A program made the translations under genes and the position numbers. Shown here piece by piece: positions 13,576-26,460 of a stretch of 64,000 bases of DNA. Positions within the stretch are counted from its first letter, which is position 1. Each line of letters starts with the position of its first letter. The notes beneath the pieces are model-generated. The model did no database searches and was not told the DNA's origin. It saw only the letters and a list, made by a program, of their open reading frames with translations. This DNA is from Octopus vulgaris (lineage: Eukaryota), in the NCBI GenBank assembly GCA_951406725.2, contig OX597814.1, forward strand, positions 128,836,001-128,900,000. Reading direction: 5' to 3'.

Positions 13576-13811
13576 ATATACAGTTGACATTTCAATTTCT
13601 CTTTGTTTCTTTTAAAAAAAATTAAGGAAAAAGACCATTTTAGTTGCATGTCAGCCCTGGCAGAGCTATAATCAGAAACATTCCAGCTGTGACTTTTGTA
13701 TATCAGGAACTTAGTGGCACAATGTTTTGGGCTGTCTGATATCATTTGAATTAAGATAAAAAATATTTTATGGCTTTGTGAAGCTCTTTTCTTTCTCTAC
13801 AACTTCCATTT

Positions 13812-14181
13812 ATTACATCCGCCTTAGTGAAGGCGGGGCTATTGTTTCCAGTCATGTTTGTTTGTTTGTTTTGTCCGTGGACAAGATATCTCAAGAACCC
13901 GTGGATGAAATCAGATGAATCTTTCAGGGATGTTTGGACTCGTGACAGGCACGAACTAATTAGATTTGGGATTAATCTGGTACCAGGCAAGGATTCTGGA
14001 TTATTTTTCCTGTTTTTTGCTTAATTTTTGAGAGTGGTTGGGTTCACTTTTAATATTCTTGCTTGTGAGAACAGTTGAGTTTATTTCAGATATTCTCATT
14101 TTAAAAATCACCTCAGGCTAATCATTGAAAGGACATTGGTGTCACCTTGGCAGAGGTTTGGCCTCTCTGAGTGCTCTTGTT
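13812..14181 (-). mobile_element. Second HINE-like copy, inverted (tail-to-tail) relative to 13215-13575
   Basis: Reverse complement aligns over the full length with many substitutions. Confidence 0.65.
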
Positions 14182-17048
14182 GTTTTTGAAATTTGAATAA
14201 ATTTTACCTCTTTCCAGACATATGCTGATTGAGTGCCAAGTAGAAAGAAAAAAAGAAACAAACAAAACAAAAGCCAAATAAAGCTCAGTATTAAGGTAGT
14301 GACTTGGGAAAATTGTTAGTCAGACAAAATGACTTGTATCTTTTCTGACTCATGTTCAACATTCAAATCTAGCTGAGGCCAGCTTTGCCTTTTGTCTCTC
14401 TGTGGTTGATTAAGTACCAGTCAGTATATTGAGGTCTTGGGGTGCAATCCTTTTTATTTTTTCATTCAGTCTGTTGGGTCTTTGAGATTTTGCTTGGAAT
14501 TATGAGTAAGGTTTGAGAGGCTGTCTGTCTGCGTCTGATGGCATCGGATGCATGCTAATATCAAGTTTGTAATCAATGGCTAAATTAGTCTTGGGTAGGT
14601 ACAACAAGCTTGCTTGCTAAGCTGTACTGTGTTGGGGAAACATTTATGAAACTGATTTGCTTTTGGCTGACCTGAAAATGGCAAATGGAGAAACACCCAG
14701 AAAAATTAGCAACACGTAGATCTATGCATGTTGTTTGTCAAATATAACTCTCAGAGTGTTGAGAGATTGAAATGTCATCTTTCAGTAAGTAAATTAACAT
14801 CCCAGTGCAGCAGCATGTATTGCGTAGTTGCTTTATTTTGTACTTCTGAAGCAGCTCAATGCATAGAATTAAATAGCATAGGATGGATGATGCAATAAAA
14901 GTAATTTAACATAGAACAGACAAAAGAAATATTATGTTTTCTTAATCTTTAATTGGGCAGAGTAGCACAGTGGAAGTGAGCTGGGCCCAATGTCCAAAGC
15001 TCTGTAGATTGAAACTACTCCACACAAAACTGGATGTTGTTTTTATATTTTTACATAATGAGTTGTAAACAAATATACCTACAGGGATAGGTACAAACGT
15101 GTATATACCTCCAGGGATAGGTACAGATTATATTATGAAATTGAATTTTATACAGAGTTAAGGGATCACCAAACCCCAGGTAGCATAGTGAGCATTAGAT
15201 GGTAACAGGACATTTTGCTTAATATATCAGACCTGATGGAGATTTTGCTTTTAGTCCTAGAAGATTTAGTAACCAAATAGAAGCCTTCTCATTAGTTCTG
15301 AACATACTTTTAACTGGTTGTTTAGCTTCCTACCAGCCCTGATGGAACAGTTCTATTTCCAACTACTTAGAACTACATTATCCAGGTTCTTTTTTTTTAT
15401 TTTTTAAAGATACTATGGTATGCTACAAGGAGGATTTGGCTGTCATTTCTAGCCAGTCAAGCACTTGTGTTGAGGTTCTCTTGTCAGCTCATTTGGGTGC
15501 TGTGACTTCTGCAAGACAGGAATGCAGTATTGCACATTATGTAATATTATATGCATAGATGCTGTGTATTGTTGAGCTAAATTTGCAGATTGAATAATAT
15601 GCAAATGTCAGTCCTGAAAAATGGATAAAAAATTACTTGTAATATTTTTTCTAATTAATTTTTCCATTATATTAAGTTAGTGACTTAACTTGGTGAATTA
15701 ATAATGGTCTGTATCAGCATACTGGAAATGCAGGCAGAAGAGGTGCAGCTGTTAGAGGAAGTGGCAAAAAATGGATGTTTGTTCCAGGTCAGCCCTGATT
15801 GAGCAGATCAATAGTTAAAGACGTTCTATCCATGACCATTCCATTTTTTGTGAACCTAGACCTGCATTACCCAGTGTACTCTTTATTTTTTTTTTTTATC
15901 TAGGTAGGTAATTTTAAGGAGGTTTGCTACTATTTCTTGTAAGTCAAGTGATTATATAGATAGACACTCCTTTACTGATTCATGTAGAATGACATTTTGT
16001 TTGGAATGAGTCTTTATATTCTCTCACAAAGAATCATTCATTTCATCTTATGACATATTGATGAGTCTTTTTTCTGCTTTTATTTCCATTAAAGCTGTTT
16101 TGCATTTTTGAATGTGGACTGAAAATTTTGCTATGAATACATATCAAGTTCTTAATCCATTAAGTTTTTTTTAAATGGTGTGATATTTGATAAACAACTA
16201 GTGAAAAGTTTGCAGGGCTTTTGTGCATTTGAAACTTTTTATCCCCATAAATTAATCTGGATGAGGAGAAACATCCTTGTTTGTGGCCGACATCTTCAGA
16301 TAATGAGATGTATTTGATGTTAAATTTCTTTGCCAGAGATACAGTCTGAGGTGATGAATCTCATCATCTCAGGCTGTCTCTCTGGCAACTGGTCTTCCAG
16401 CAGGCTTTTAACTGGCTTGGTTAGCTTTGATCTTCACGTTATTCAATAAACTTCATATAGGCATTCTAATACATCATAACAATATCAAAACCACCCTGAA
16501 ACATAAATTCAGTTAGGTTATTATAGCCACGTCCCTTTCTGTTCCAATTTCTCTCAGCTGAGGGGGATCTTCGTTTTGTGTTATATGGTGACCTCACTGA
16601 AGTACCTCTTTAGTACTTGGTGAATTCATTTATCCACAGCTAAATATTTTGACTTGAGACATAGAGTAATGGTAGGATATAAACTGTTGAGCCTAGTCGT
16701 GTCGTATCTTATCAACTTGGTGATCCATGCATTCAATATGATAATTCATAACCTTGACCTAAGGCCACAAATTGGGATTAGAGGTAGACAATTTGATCCA
16801 TGTATTTGAGTGGTATTGATTACATTGAGTGTGGCGAGATTTGAATCTGGACAGTAAAGGCAAAGAAATAAATGCCTCAAAGCATATTTTCTCTACTCCT
16901 TGACTTCTCTACCTTCTCTAGTGTGAAATGCTCACAATAATAATAATAATAATGATAATAAAGCTATTTGTTGTAATATAATAAGAAAATGAATTTGAAA
17001 ACTGGTTTGGTTTCAGTTCATTTGTGGTGCATATATATATATATATGC

Positions 17049-17090
<42 letters not shown>

Positions 17091-17979
17091 TGTATATACA
17101 TATTTCTGTTCTGAAGGCAAGGTAAACTCTGATATTTGAAATCAGAACATTAAGTTGCAAACTAAATGCCATGAAGTATTGAGACCAATCTTCCACGTCT
17201 ACTCTCTGCCTCAACACTCATCTAATGATGGAAATAAGTCATTCTAAATCAAATGTGACATTTTAGCAAGTCAAACTTGATTTACCCAATTGCCTTAATA
17301 CAGTTTCAACTGAAGTTTCAGAAGTCTTGCTGTAAGGCATTGGTGTCTATAACTATCTTTATGTAACATTTGTAACCCACAGAAAGAAACAGTAATGAAT
17401 ATATCTTATATAATCTAATAAGCTGAGTAAATAATAAAGTGGATTCCACTAGATCGTTTTCACTTGTTGCTTGAAATTAGATTATCTCCCTTCTTTAATT
17501 TACCTAACAATTACTGAGATTATTCAAAACAGCTTTCCTGATTACAGAACTCCTTCCCTATAAATTTCCTTTTCCTGAAGGTTAAAGTTATTAAATTCAA
17601 TTGTATTTGTATTACTGAAGTAATGTTTTACATAACATGAATGTTTCTGAATGATGTTTCAGCTGTGATAATGATAAACAATTGCAAAAAATAGACTGGG
17701 GAGTCAGCAAGTAACACCAAAACTTTAAGCACTTTAACATAGTTTTAACTTGATAGACAACAAGCTGGATGCAGTCAGGCACTGTTGATCCCATAGTTTC
17801 CCCTTCTTTCCATCATCTTTGTTGCATCTCACTCTGGCTCCACACTTAAAGCACTATACCCTGTGGTCATTCATTTCCAGAATTTTGAGGCCCCTCAAAT
17901 TTACTCTCCCGTGAGTGTGTTGCTCTGTTGGTGTTGACTTGCAAAGATTCAGAAGGAACAGTAATCGCATCAATCTCGA

Positions 17980-18390
17980 GGCGCAGGAGTGGCTGTGTGG
18001 TAAGTAGCTTGCTTACCAACCACATGGTTCCAGGTTCAGTCCCACTGCGTGGCACCTTGGGCAAGAGTCTTGTACTATAACTTCAGGCCGACCAAAGCCT
18101 TGTGAGTGGATTTGGTAGACGGAAACTGGAAGAAGCCCGTCGTATATGTATGTATGTGTATATATATATATATGTATATATGTATATATGTGTTTGTTTG
18201 TGTTTGTCCCCCCAACATCGCTTGACAACCGATGCTGGTGTGTTTACATCCCCGTAACTTAGTGGTTCAGCATAAGAGACCAATAGAATAAGAATAAGCT
18301 CTGATGTCAATTTGTTCAACTATAAAGGCAGTGCTCCAGCATGGCCGCAGTCAAATGACTGAAACAAGTAAAAGAGTAAAAAGAGAGTAA
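17980..18390 (+). mobile_element. SINE family A, full length
   Basis: GGCGCAGGAGTGGCTGTGTGG head through to the GTAAAAGAGT tail. Confidence 0.9.
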
Positions 18391-18742
18391 CAAGTTTCAA
18401 AACAGTCATCTATCATGATTTCATGTGTATTTTTACTGGTTTCAAAAAGTTGAATGTTATGTTGTTGCAAAAAAGCATAAGGATACAGTATAAAGACTGT
18501 TTTAATTTTAGTTTATAATTTGGCTTTTTTTTTCCCCGCTTTAATAATGCCCCATTGATTAGTAATACCGTAACTAATAACTTATATTGGCATTTGGAAG
18601 GGTGTCCAGTCATAGAAAGCATGCCAAGCTGACACAGTTCGTTGGATCCTGTCAAACCATCCAGCCCTTGCTAGCATGGGAAACAGATTTTGAACAATGA
18701 TGATTTTAGGTACCAAAACAGAAAATGAAAACAGACACCAAA

Positions 18743-19050
18743 CATCATCGTTCATCATCATTTAACATCCGCCTTCCATGCTAGCATGGGTGGGACAGTT
18801 TCACAAGAGCTGGCCAGGCAGAAGCCTGCACCAGACTTCTGTGACTGTTTTGGTAGGAATTTTACAGCTGGATGCCCTTCTTAGCACCAACCACTCAGCA
18901 GAGTTGACTTAGTGCTTTTTACGTGGCACAAGCACAGGTGAGGTCTGTTTTGGCAAGGCTTTTACTGCTGGATGCCCTTCTGAACACCAACCACTTTACA
19001 GTGTGGACTGGGTGCTTTTAAGTGGCACCTGCACTGACAGGGTCACCAAG
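18743..19050 (-). mobile_element. (GAT)n-tailed SINE family C fragment
   Basis: Minus-strand motif AAGGGCATCCAGCTGTA...CCCATGCTAGCATGGAAGGCGGATGTTAAATGATGATG. Relatives at about 1755, 8290, 10850, 18600, 20893, 35305, 38970, 47725 and 61250. Confidence 0.7.
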
Positions 19051-20323
19051 TACTTGCAAGACAAAAAAAAACAACTTTAGAGAGGGGCATTGGAGACAGT
19101 GATCTTGTGTTGGATGATGAAAGGTTATAGTGAAACAGAAACAGGTGTCTTGTTGTAGAGAAAGTACAAGGTTGCACAGCTAGAGAGAATGAGAGAGATA
19201 TAGAGAGCGAGTGATCAGGAATGAAGACAGAATCAGGTGCATTACAGTAATGTAAATACATGGTTACCCAACCTGAGGGAAGTGCAGAAGAAGGATCAAA
19301 AGAATGGGAGACAGCAGGATAGAGATGGTGACAAAATGCCAAGCATACTCACAAGGGATGGGGATCAGAATATAAATGGGTTGAATGAGTAAAGGAAGAG
19401 ATATATATAGATGGTAGCAAGTACCAGGGCATACCCTCGAGGTTCAAATGCCATAATATGTAGCAAACAAATTTCTGAAGAGTTTTTTTTTTTTTTTTTC
19501 AATGTAAACATCTAATAGAATTTATGGATTGAAAGGAAAAATACTAAATAAGCTTGGAAGGTAACTACTCTAGCCTGGATTAGGTCTAGAGATAGCATTT
19601 TCTCTGCCCCCTCCTTTTATATTAAAAGATTTTGTTTCAAAGGGAAAAAGCTCTGTACTTCTTCGCTATTTCATTATATTGGCCATAAGGCCTTACACAG
19701 AAAAAGGAAGCTGCAGGCTGGACGTAGACATAATGTTATATGAAATGAAAATGATGATTAATGGGGGAAAAAACGATACCTGCTGATTGTTTTTTCCCGG
19801 GGACATTGATCTCTTGTATATTGTTCATGAGGCAACAAATCTCTACACTGTTCACAATATTCAATAATAAAATTCAGTAACAAAACGAGGCACTAAGCCT
19901 CTTACCTTTCTTTCCAAATTTGGAACTTTCAATAATACTGAGGCTTTTCAACCTCTGTACTTCATGTAAAACTCCTTTTGGAGTGGACTGGCTTCAAGGA
20001 TGATTGAGATGATTTTCAATGCAAGTGTGCACATGTGTGAGCATGCATACATCTAAGTATGTATATAGGTAATTATAGATGTATGTATACATAAATACAC
20101 ACTTATACATACACATCTATTTTGGTTATTTCTGAAGTGATAGGGATCCTGGAAAGAAAGACAGTTATTCAGAATTAGAATTGTAGGATCAAGAATATAT
20201 AGTGTTTATAATTTTAATTACTAGTTTCATTATAAGAGTCTGAGAGAAGGTTACTAGAAATGTCAAAGCAAAATATAATTTGAGAGTTGTATCTTTTATA
20301 AAAGCATTTTTCACGCTTTATAG

Positions 20324-20416
20324 CCTTTGTGATTCTATTGGATCCTTTAGTTTCAGGTGAGGACTCCCAAAAAGAGAAAAGGAAATACTTTTGGACTGTT
20401 AGGGCCAGAACCTCAG
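20324..20416 (+). CDS. Possible isolated internal exon (93 nt, phase 1-1): AFVILLDPLVSGEDSQKEKRKYFWTVRARTSG
   Basis: Pyrimidine-rich acceptor ...ttttcacgctttatag, donor CAG|gtaaat, open frame, non-repetitive sequence. Protein not recognised. Confidence 0.3.
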
Positions 20417-20892
20417 GTAAATTTATCTTGGTGTGTCTGTGTGAAATAATATTGTATTATCTACTACATATGTTATTGTTTCCTCCATGTTTTGAGGTGA
20501 TTTTATTAATTTGGTTTGTTTGATATTTCCACCTTACTGATATAACTTTCTTCCCCATTATGTGTCACCCAGAGGTATTCAAGTCCATCCATTCTTTGTT
20601 AACTGGAACATTAAACTCTACTGTAGTCAATGGACAAATGTCAAAGATTAGGTGTGAGTTGGTCTTGGCTGAACATCAGAGATTAGTTAGTGTTCTTACT
20701 ATGACCATATTTTATTAGAGATATGTTGATATGCTGTCCTACAATTATTTTTAAACGTAAAGTCTTTATTTCAAATATACTTGTTATACCTGTTCAGATT
20801 GCAATTAAAAAGTTTTTACACTCGTATTGATAGGCTCTTAATTCTTGAACTTTATCCTGTTTTAAATGCAATTTCAGGCTTTAAGACAATTA

Positions 20893-21112
20893 GTCGTTTA
20901 ACGTCTGCTTTCCATGCTAGCATGGGTTGGACAATTTGACTGAAGTCTGGCAAACCAGATGGCTGCACCAGATGCCAACCACTCTGAGAGTGTAGTGGGT
21001 GCTTTTACATGCCACTGGCACAAGGGCCAGTCAGGTGGTACTGGCAACAGCCACGCTCAAATGGTGCCTTTTATGTGCCACTTGCACAGGAGCCAGTCCA
21101 GTGGCACTGGCA
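20893..21112 (-). mobile_element. SINE family C, internally deleted
   Basis: Reverse complement of the 38970-39252 copy. Confidence 0.75.
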
Positions 21113-21711
21113 AATTTTTAGAAATAAGGCATAGTATAATTGATTTATTAAAATTCAAGTTTTATGTCGATTAACATTTTATGTAATGATTTCAGGATTC
21201 TGTTTGTATTAATTTTATGTAAAAAAGATATTCTTTTGATATTTTGTTGCATGTATTTCTACAGTATGCATTTCTGCTGCATGTATGTGTATTTTCTCAA
21301 TTTGTTGTTTCATCCATTTACTAAACAAGAAAAGGTAACAATGGTCAAAATTACTATTTCAATTGATTCATAGTTCAGAGATTTTGAGAAATACATGTCC
21401 TTGTTTTTGTGTGTTGGTGGTCTACTCTGATTTTGACAAATAGCGATGTTTGAATAAAAATTTTAATAATTTTATATTTTGTTGAATTTACCTGTATCTA
21501 CCTGCAATTAGAGTCACTTTGTGACGAAAATTATGGTATAAAATTGGTTGAGAACCTTTCGTTAAATTATCTTCCAAAAATCACTTTAATATATTGATAA
21601 ATAAAAAAAGTTATAGTTGTTTAATGAAACCAGACTAAATTTATGATTGTTAAAAATTAATTGAAACATATAAGGGGTGTATTTTGGTTAGAAATATAAA
21701 GAAAGGGTTAA

Positions 21712-22133
21712 GCCCTTTGTTCCCTATGAAGCATAGGCCATTGATAACTCTTCTCCACTGTTCTTCACTCTGGGCTGTCTTCTCTGCTTCATTCCAGTCA
21801 GATATCTGATTTTTTCAGCTCTACCTCAGTATCCTGCCTCCAACTATTTTTAAGGCTTCTCCTCTTCTGTTTCCCTTGCGGGATCATAAGTGTCCCTGAG
21901 GGAAGGCCTTCCTCTCCCACATCTTGTTGGTTTTGAATTGTCATCAATGCTTCTGTAACTGCTTTTCCTAAGACAAGTAGATTGGCCTTAGGCAAACCAA
22001 TTTTTACCTCTGGGAAAAGGTGGTCCATATTAGTCTGGCCTCTACCCTGTCCAGCATAGGAGGCCCTACCAGGTGTTTTTGCATTCAGGGTCATTGAGGC
22101 ACATAAGCTACCACACTGCAACAAGGACTGGAC
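21712..22133 (-). mobile_element. RTE-clade LINE-derived non-autonomous fragment (5'UTR joined to ORF C-terminus)
   Basis: Minus strand reads ..AEKTAQSEEQWRRVINGLCF, like the RTE C-terminal AQ.R..WR....LC. The 5' part CACCTGGTAGGGCCTCCTATGC..GGCCAGACTAA resembles RTE 5'UTRs. Confidence 0.5.
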
Positions 22134-22599
22134 CTAATTAAATTTGTTTTTGGTAACATAAATTTTAATGGTTTGATAATGTTTGATAATGTTATTGTGT
22201 TACAGCCTTTCATCAAGATACTCTGGAATATATCAACACATATATTTTCTTTATCAGGTGGTAATTTAGAAATGTTACCTGTTCAATAGAATGTTTCTCT
22301 CCAGTCAAAGTATCTGCTTCATTATTAGAGGCAGTCATCATGAAATTGAAGTACCAAACAGTTGTGTTGTCTTTGAACAAGTTGTTAAACAGCATTTCTC
22401 AATATATCTACCAGACACAAAACAGGTTTCACTCCCTGTTTCACAGTTGAATGGTCAGTGGTGGTAGACAATGTGTCCAGCTGTAAAATCAATTGCTCCA
22501 GCACAACTTATGGAAAAAAAAATGAATATAAAAATTATATGCAACATATATAAGTAAAACTATTTTTTTTAAAGTTCATATCCCTTACACATTTTACTT

Positions 22600-23251
22600 A
22601 CATGCACACTCATGGCCACATATAGATGCATTCATATAAACATGCATGTATACACATGTGCTTATGTGTACAGACATGCACAAACATGTGTGCACATCCA
22701 CATATGATCAGCATGTACATCTACATGTACAACTGTATATACATGCATATTTGCGCATGTACAGGCACACATCCATGCATGCACTCACACTTATCCAGAC
22801 ACAAATACACACACATATAGACACATTCTCACACACACACACACATGCATCCACATGTGCTTCCACACATCCACATGCACACATCCATGCATATGCACGT
22901 CCATGCACACATGCCCTTGCACATGCACACACACACAACCACACTTGTGCACATCTACACTGATGCACATCTACACACACTCACACAGAAACGTGCACAT
23001 TTGCACACACACACACATACACCCATAATCTGCACACATACACACAATCTGTACACAGACACTTACACACATCTGCATACATATCTACACACACCTACTC
23101 TCTCACATACACACATCTACACACTCATACACACACTTGTGCACATCTGCACACACACATACACATTTGCACACATATACCTATACACAACTCTCATACA
23201 CACACACACACACACTCTCATACACATCTACACACACACTCACACACACAT
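22600..23251. repeat. Degenerate (CA)-rich simple repeat
   Basis: Direct reading; source of the His/Thr-rich spurious ORFs. Confidence 0.9.
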
Positions 23252-24046
23252 TTGAGAAAATGAAATGTTTAACTCTAAAAATACTAAAATCCTGTAAATG
23301 AATTTAAAAAAAATATTGCAATAAATAAATGAATGAAAATAAATTTAAATACTGGTTGTGTAAATTTTGGCCAGACATCTTTCATTGATTAATGGAAATT
23401 GATTAATGGAATGAAAATTATTTTATTTTTATTCAGTTTGTTTACTTTTGAATTTTTTGTTTTGTTTAAATTTTCTTGTATTTTTCTGCAAGGCTCAGAA
23501 CCTTTTCAGCAAAAACATAAAAATTAAATCTCACTTATTTATCATTATATATTTTTATTATTATTATTATCATCATTATTATTATTATTTCTATCATCAT
23601 TATTATCATTATTATTATTTATTATTATATATTTTTAGTTTATCTTGATTTGATTTCTCTCCCTTCCACTATTGCTGTATCAGTCACGTCTGTAAACAGT
23701 TCGTTTATGAGAGTGATTTCCTGGGGGTGTTTGAAGGGGGAAAGAAGGAAAGAGAAGGGTGTAAAGATGCAACCGTTGCTAACGAAGGGGAAATAACTTC
23801 ATTGCTAGAGAGGACCTACTTAATTACCTTATTTAACTTGTAGGGTGGACGCGAGGGATATATAAAAACATAGTTTTAGTAACTCTGTTTCAGCTTAAGA
23901 GGAATGACATACCGCAATAACTTGACTAGCTGAAAATAACGGCTTCATTTCCTGTGAATCAGACTGATTAAAAAAAAAAAAAAAAAAAAGGAAATACCAT
24001 TGAAAAACGTAGTCAGAGATAATAATAAAAAAAAAAGATATAAAGT

Positions 24047-24410
24047 TGCAGACATGGCTGTGTGATTAAGAAGCTTGCTTTGTAACAACATGGTCTAAGG
24101 TTCAGTCCCACTGCGTGCACCTTTTCCAAATGTCTCCTATTATAGCCCCTGGTCAATTACTGTATTGAGTGAATTTGGTTGATGGAGACTGTGCAGAAGC
24201 CCATTGTGTGTGTACATGTTTGCGTCAGTGTTTGTCCCTCAACCCCGCTTGTCAAATGATGTTGGTTTGTTTATATCCCTGTAAACTACTGGTTTGGCAA
24301 GAGACTGAAAAATTGCAAATTTAAAGGATTAAATACTGGGGTTGATCTGTTCAACTAAAACCTTTTAAAGTGGTCATTATCCAATGACTGAAACACACAA
24401 AAGATATAAT
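24047..24410 (+). mobile_element. Diverged SINE family A relative
   Basis: A/B boxes, core and tail are recognisable with many substitutions. Confidence 0.7.
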
Positions 24411-24689
24411 CAAAGAGGAACACCTTGACCATTAGTGACCTGTGGTTAAACAACAGCTGATTTTCATGGAAGTTGTCAAGGAAAGGTGGAGAGATGAGTT
24501 ACGTTTTAGGAGATATTTATTGCTGTTCCTGTCACTCTAAACTCAATTTTAGAAGTGAAACCTGGGCAAAATAAGGCAAGTTATACGCCTTGTGAGAGAT
24601 CACTGCTGCATATAATGCCTGATAAGATTTTAAACACTGACCACACACACAATCCTGTACACACATGTGATCAATAGCCTAGATACTAC

Positions 24690-25203
24690 GTGTATGTGTC
24701 CGTTTGTCTGTCTGTCAGTCTGTCTGCCTTGCATGTCGTGTTTGTCGTTTGTGTGTTTGTTCTGTGTGTGTGTTTGTAGTGTGTGTCTGTTTGTGTGTGT
24801 GCGTATGTTGTGCATGTGTATCTCTTGTGTGTGTGTCTGTCTTTTGTGTCTCTGTTGAGTGTGTGTGTTGTGTCTGTTTGTATGCATGTTGTCTGTTGCG
24901 CGTGTGTTGTGTTTGAATTTGTGTTTGTGTGTGTGTGTGTGTTGTGTTAGAGTTTGTGTATGTGTGTGTTGTGACTGTTATGACTGTTCTGTTTGTGTGT
25001 GTGTGTGTGTGTGTGTTGTGTTAGAGTTTGTGTATGTGTGTGTTGTGACTGTTATGACTGTTCTGTTTGTGTGTGTTCTGTCTGTAGTGTGTGTTGCATC
25101 TGTCTGTTGTGTGTGTTATGACTGTTCTATGTTTGTGCTGTTAAATTTTATGACTGTTCTGTATGTGTATTGTCTTTGCCTGTTTTGTGTGTTTGTGTGT
25201 GTC
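24690..25203. repeat. Degenerate (GT)-rich simple repeat with internal ~65-bp duplication
   Basis: Direct reading; GTGTTAGAGTTTGTGTATGTGTGTGTTGTGACTGTTATGACTGTTCTG occurs twice. Confidence 0.9.
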
Positions 25204-26027
25204 TATAGATATCTCTCTCACAGAAACCTAACACATCAGTTAGACTGCTATATAATAATTGCTTGTTGATCTACCTGGATCTACCTCTTAAACTAATTAC
25301 AGCTACCTCCATAAGTGACTAAAATAAAAACTCCTGACATGAAGACAGAGCACTTGTTCAAAATTTCTACTAGCAACAGTAAACCATATCACCAATACTA
25401 CAGCTATGACATCTTTTGATATGTTTGACTAAATTCACTTACAAACAATACTTTCATTATCCTCACCACCATAACAGCTTAAAGTCACACACACACACAC
25501 ACACTTACACACAGAGTACTAATCTATATAAAAGTTTGCACATCATCTTCATTGCTGATTATATCTCCCCATTATTTGCTCAATACTATTAATGGCACAT
25601 ATGTAATACACATGTGTTGAATGTGTGTACCTATGGTTGGTGTATATAATACACGAATGGTGAACATATTCATGTATAGCTTGTATGTGTGTGTGTGTTT
25701 ATATAAAATATGAATGTATGGTTTGTGTGTACTCGTGTGTATGTATGTCGTTTCTTATCATCGCTCCCTCCCCACCACACCGATCAATCGTTTCTATCTA
25801 TCATCTACATCTTCCAGGCTTTTCATCCATCTATTTATGTCTATTATCTCCAATTTTAATATTTTAAAACAAATCTTTCTCAAATATTTCTTTCCCCTTC
25901 TCTCTTCCCTCTTCTTCCATCTTTTCTCCTTTTCTCATTCATATATACATACATACATATATATGTATATATATACACCTTGTTCTCTCATGCTTTTTTC
26001 CTTTGTGTTTCTGATGGTGGTCCTTGT

Positions 26028-26028
26028 T

Positions 26029-26063
<35 letters not shown>

Positions 26064-26201
26064 TTCCCTTTCTCTTTCTCTCTCTCTCTCTATGCTGTCT
26101 CTTTTCATTTCTCTCTTTACTATCTCTCTTTTTCCTTCATCTAATTTTCTTGTCTTCATATTCTCTTCTCTCTCTTTGAAGCCCTCCACATTTCTCTGCT
26201 G

Positions 26202-26262
<61 letters not shown>

Positions 26263-26460
26263 CATGCTTTCACTTCTTTTCTTATCTTTTTTTTGTTTCC
26301 TTCCTATCCCTCACTTTACACCCCCTTTGTTTTCTCTCTTTCTCTCTCTCTCTCTCTGTCTGCTTTCTACCCCCTCAATAGTTTTCTCCCCCTGATTTCG
26401 TTTTCGTTTCCCCTCCAATCTTTTGTTTAGATGTCTTTCTCTCTCTCTCTCTCTCTTTAT
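26028..26460. repeat. (CT)n polypyrimidine tracts
   Basis: Direct reading. Confidence 0.9.

Noticed and set aside
22626-26430. Long His/Thr-, Cys/Val- and Leu/Ser-rich ORFs (up to 238 aa)
   Set aside because: Translations of (CA), (GT) and (CT) simple repeats.
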